NCBI GenBank assembly: GCA_037445065.1
Contig: JBBILD010000001.1
Location: 128,001 to 192,000 of the forward strand
Direction: 5' to 3'
Length of the DNA: 64,000 bases
Source of the DNA: Myxococcales bacterium
GTDB lineage: Bacteria; Desulfobacterota; Binatia; HRBIN30
In this document: positions 61,065 through 64,000 of the stretch, piece by piece
Numbering within the stretch: the first letter of the stretch is position 1
Layout: every line of letters begins with the position of its first letter
Program-made: the position numbers and the translations under genes
Notes under the pieces: generated by a model
The model's database searches: none
The model's input: only the letters and a program-made list of their open reading frames with translations
Told to the model about the DNA's origin: nothing

Positions 61065-62542
61065 GTTTGGAAAGAGCCCGGATCTTGGTCGCGGACGATG
61101 AAGAGTCCCTGCGCTGGGTGCTGCAGCAGGCTTTGTCGGCTCAGGGCCACGAGGTAGAGACGGTTGACAACGGCAACGAAGCTTGGGAGCGATTGCGGTC
61201 TGGGAGGTTCGATCTCGCCCTGGTGGATATTCGCATGCCGGGCATGGACGGCTTGAGCCTGCTCACCCGCCTGCGGGAAGAGGGCGCCGACACGGCAGTG
61301 ATCGTAATTACGGCCCAGAACACGATGGCCAACGCCATCGAGGCCATGAAGCGTGGGGCCTTTGACTACGTGACCAAACCGTTCGACCTGGACGAGCTTG
61401 CGATTCTGGTTCAGCGCGCTTGGGAGACCCGCCGCCGCACTCAGGAACTGGCACGACTCGAGGAGGACCATCGCCGGCGCTTCGAGTTGGGGGTCGAAAT
61501 CGTCGGCACGACTCCGGTCATGCAGGAAATCTTCAAGACCATCGGCCGGGTCGCACCTACGGACGCCACCGTCCTCCTGCAAGGAGAAAGCGGCACGGGA
61601 AAGGAACTGATCGCGCGCGCGATCCACGCACACTCTCGGCGTTGGAGTGGTCCGTTCGTGGCGCTGAACTGCTCCGCCGTGCCGCGGGACCTGCTCGAGA
61701 GCGAGCTGTTCGGACACGAGCGTGGCGCCTTCACCGGTGCAGTGGAGCAGCGCGCTGGTGTTTTCGAGGCGGCTAGCGGTGGAACGCTGTTCCTGGATGA
61801 GATCGGGGACATGCCGCTCGAGCTGCAGGTCAAGCTCCTCCGGGTGGTTCAGGAGCGCGAGTTTTCCCGAGTTGGAGGACGGGAAGTGATTCGCGCGGAC
61901 GTGCGTTTGGTTGCCGCGACCAACCAAAACCTGGAGCGCGCGGTTCAGCAGGGTCGCTTCCGAGAAGACTTGTACTTTCGATTGAATGTAGTGCGGATTC
62001 AGGTGCCTCCGTTGCGGCAGCGACGCGCAGACATCCCAGAGTTGGTCCGTTATTTCCTCGAAAAAATTCGGCGCGAATTGGGTACCCAGGTCACCGCGGT
62101 TTCGAGCGAGGCGATGGCGTTGCTGGTTGAGCACCCCTGGCCTGGCAACGTTCGGGAGCTGGAGAACACGCTGGTGCGCGCAGCCGTGTTGGCACCGGGC
62201 CCAGTGTTGATGCCGCACGATTTGCATTTGGGGGGAAGTGCCCGACCCGCGGCTGAAGACTTGGGCGGGCAGTCGGTAGAGCAGGCGGTGCGCGCGCGGC
62301 TGTCCGAGCTGTTCGAGCAAAGCCCCCCTCCTGGTCCGCGCAACCTCTATGCCTGGCTCCTGGCCCAGGTCGAGAAACCGTTACTTGAATTTGTCCTGGA
62401 AAAAACTGACGGGAACCAGCTCCGCGCTGCATCTCTGCTAGGAATCAACCGCAATACGCTTCACAAAAAGATTCAGCAGTTGCGGATCCCCTTGCGGCGA
62501 GAGCGCGGAAGCGGTGACTCGGGTGAGTTGGGCTCGATGTGA
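61061..62542 (+). CDS. glnG: sigma54 response regulator, NtrC-like
   Basis: Receiver domain, [37 protein letters not shown]; translationally coupled to the kinase. Confidence 0.8.
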   Translation: MSLERARILVADDEESLRWVLQQALSAQGHEVETVDNGNEAWERLRSGRFDLALVDIRMPGMDGLSLLTRLREEGADTAVIVITAQNTMANAIEAMKRGAFDYVTKPFDLDELAILVQRAWETRRRTQELARLEEDHRRRFELGVEIVGTTPVMQEIFKTIGRVAPTDATVLLQGESGTGKELIARAIHAHSRRWSGPFVALNCSAVPRDLLESELFGHERGAFTGAVEQRAGVFEAASGGTLFLDEIGDMPLELQVKLLRVVQEREFSRVGGREVIRADVRLVAATNQNLERAVQQGRFREDLYFRLNVVRIQVPPLRQRRADIPELVRYFLEKIRRELGTQVTAVSSEAMALLVEHPWPGNVRELENTLVRAAVLAPGPVLMPHDLHLGGSARPAAEDLGGQSVEQAVRARLSELFEQSPPPGPRNLYAWLLAQVEKPLLEFVLEKTDGNQLRAASLLGINRNTLHKKIQQLRIPLRRERGSGDSGELGSM

Positions 62543-63174
62543 GCAGGTTTCGCTTCCCCAGTCCTTTGTATCCGATTGTAGACCCGGCCGGGCACCCGCA
62601 CCGTGACCATCTCTCCTTGGCGGAAGCGGTCTTGCGCGGCGGTGCCCCCTTTCTCCAACTCCGTTGCAAACAGCTTGACTCCCGGGCGTTCCTTGACTGT
62701 GCCCGCGCTGTGCAGCGGCTGTGCGTTGGTTTTGGTGCCCAGCTCCTGATCAACGACCGAGCTGACATCGCTGCCCTAGTCGGTGCGCTTGGGGTCCATT
62801 TGGGGCAGGAGGATGTACCCCCCGCGCTGATTCGGCCCTGGCTCGGCTCATCCGCAGTGATTGGCTGCTCCACGCACAACTTGAGCCAGGCACGTGTGGC
62901 CGCCCAGCAAGGCGAGGTGGATTATATAGCGGTCGGGCCGATCTTCCCGACGGCAAGCAAGGAAAACCCGGACCCCGTGGTGGGTTTGGACGGGCTCCGA
63001 CGGATTCGCCAGGCGGTTGCCCTGCCGATTGTCGCTATTGGCGGGATCACGGCAGACACGGCAGCAGAAGTATTGGCCGCTGGGGCCGATGCGGTAGCGA
63101 TGATCGGCGCTATTGCTCACAGTGACGACCCTGCCGGCACGGTCCGACGTTTGTTGGAGCAATTGCAGCCGTGA
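62539..63174 (+). CDS. thiE: thiamine-phosphate synthase
   Basis: [41 protein letters not shown]. Confidence 0.93.
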   Translation: MSRFRFPSPLYPIVDPAGHPHRDHLSLAEAVLRGGAPFLQLRCKQLDSRAFLDCARAVQRLCVGFGAQLLINDRADIAALVGALGVHLGQEDVPPALIRPWLGSSAVIGCSTHNLSQARVAAQQGEVDYIAVGPIFPTASKENPDPVVGLDGLRRIRQAVALPIVAIGGITADTAAEVLAAGADAVAMIGAIAHSDDPAGTVRRLLEQLQP

Positions 63175-63237
63175 CTTGGGGCTGGGGGGACTGCGGTGCC
63201 CTTCCTGAAAGCATCACCGGAGCGCCGGATCCTGATC

Positions 63238-64000
63238 CTAACGGCCACGCATGAGATTCAAGGCCGCGCCGGCACGGAACCACTCGAGCTGTTCAGAACT
63301 GAAGCTGTGCCGACACCAAAGGGTTTCTTCGCTGCCGTCCGCGTGATGCAGAATCACCCGTACCGGCTTGCCCGGTGCAAGCTCGCGCAAGCCAACAATG
63401 CTGATGCGATCGTCCTCGCGAATCTTGTCGTAGTCTTCCGGGTTTTCGAAGACGAGCGGCAGGAGCCCTTGCTTCTTGAGGTTGGTTTCGTGAATCCGCG
63501 CGAAGCTGCGAGCCAAAATGGCTTTACAGCCGAGGTAGCGAGGCTCCATAGCGGCGTGTTCGCGGCTCGATCCTTCGCCGTAATTTTCGTCGCCGACAGC
63601 CACCCACCCGATTCCGTGCGCTTTGTAATCGCGCGCGATGGTTGGGAAGGGAACACCGCGTTCACCGGTGCGCAGGTTACGCCCGCACCCGACCTCTCCG
63701 GTAAAGGCGTTGACCACGCCAGTAAACAAGTTGTCGCTGATCTTATCCAGGTGGCCCCGGTAGCGAAGCCAGGGCCCAGCCGGAGAAATGTGATCGGTTG
63801 TGCACTTGCCCTTGGCTTTCACGAGCACCGCTAAGCGTTCGAAGTCATTGCCATCCCAGGGGGGAAATGGTTCGAGCAACTGCAGGCGCTCGCTATCGGG
63901 CTTGACGCGCAGCTCCACCTGGCTGCCGTCTTCCGGTGGCTCGATGTAGCCCGCGGTACCAGGGGCAAAGCCCTGCGCTGGTAACTCTGGTGCGCTGGGG
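63238..64000 (-). CDS. aconitate hydratase, mitochondrial-type (3' part; 5' end outside the window)
   Basis: SERLQLLEPF, KGKCTTDHISPAGPWLRYRGHL, NYGEGSSREHAA, SFARIHETNLKKQG, WFRAGAALN; frame stays open to the window edge. Confidence 0.93.
   Translation of the reverse strand, partial: PSAPELPAQGFAPGTAGYIEPPEDGSQVELRVKPDSERLQLLEPFPPWDGNDFERLAVLVKAKGKCTTDHISPAGPWLRYRGHLDKISDNLFTGVVNAFTGEVGCGRNLRTGERGVPFPTIARDYKAHGIGWVAVGDENYGEGSSREHAAMEPRYLGCKAILARSFARIHETNLKKQGLLPLVFENPEDYDKIREDDRISIVGLRELAPGKPVRVILHHADGSEETLWCRHSFSSEQLEWFRAGAALNLMRGR

Noticed and set aside
60659..62320. 553-aa antisense ORF, and similar long shadow ORFs (e.g. 9530-10591, 38857-39975, 19263-20180, 22977-23849)
   Set aside because: They lie opposite well-supported genes, show no motifs, and are expected from GC-rich codon bias.

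Overview
GC-rich, densely coding bacterial chromosomal segment of about 60 genes. I found no CRISPR array, transposase, integrase, phage gene or rRNA. Housekeeping genes: nuoCD and a nuoE-nuoF fusion, nth, family-5 UDG, metH, rph-rdgB followed by tRNA-Pro/Arg/His, ispF, moeA, ntrBC-like pair, thiE and a partial aconitase. These are interspersed with many lipid/steroid-type catabolic genes: four acyl-CoA dehydrogenases, two CoA transferases, a P450, a DUF35-thiolase fusion, an SDR, an ADH, an alkyl-sulfatase-like hydrolase and an S1P-lyase-like enzyme. Several exported proteins carry Pro/Thr linkers. This content resembles Candidatus Binatia or related deltaproteobacteria-like lineages, possibly thermophilic (inference only). 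No single obvious novel system stands out. The best leads are: a tiny lipoprotein ending in an omega-conotoxin-like cystine-knot motif within a cluster of orphan genes (40.1-42.0 kb); a P450 plus a Cys-less DUF35-thiolase fusion; a sigma54 activator with no sensor domain followed by a stand-alone receiver; a tandem-SH3b/DUF1329 fusion coupled to an orphan chemoreceptor; a rearranged nuo cluster; and a double hot-dog (MaoC-like) pseudogene split over three frames. All family assignments come from motif recognition by eye, not database searches. Many starts were moved from the ORF track to the ATG/GTG that fits an RBS.
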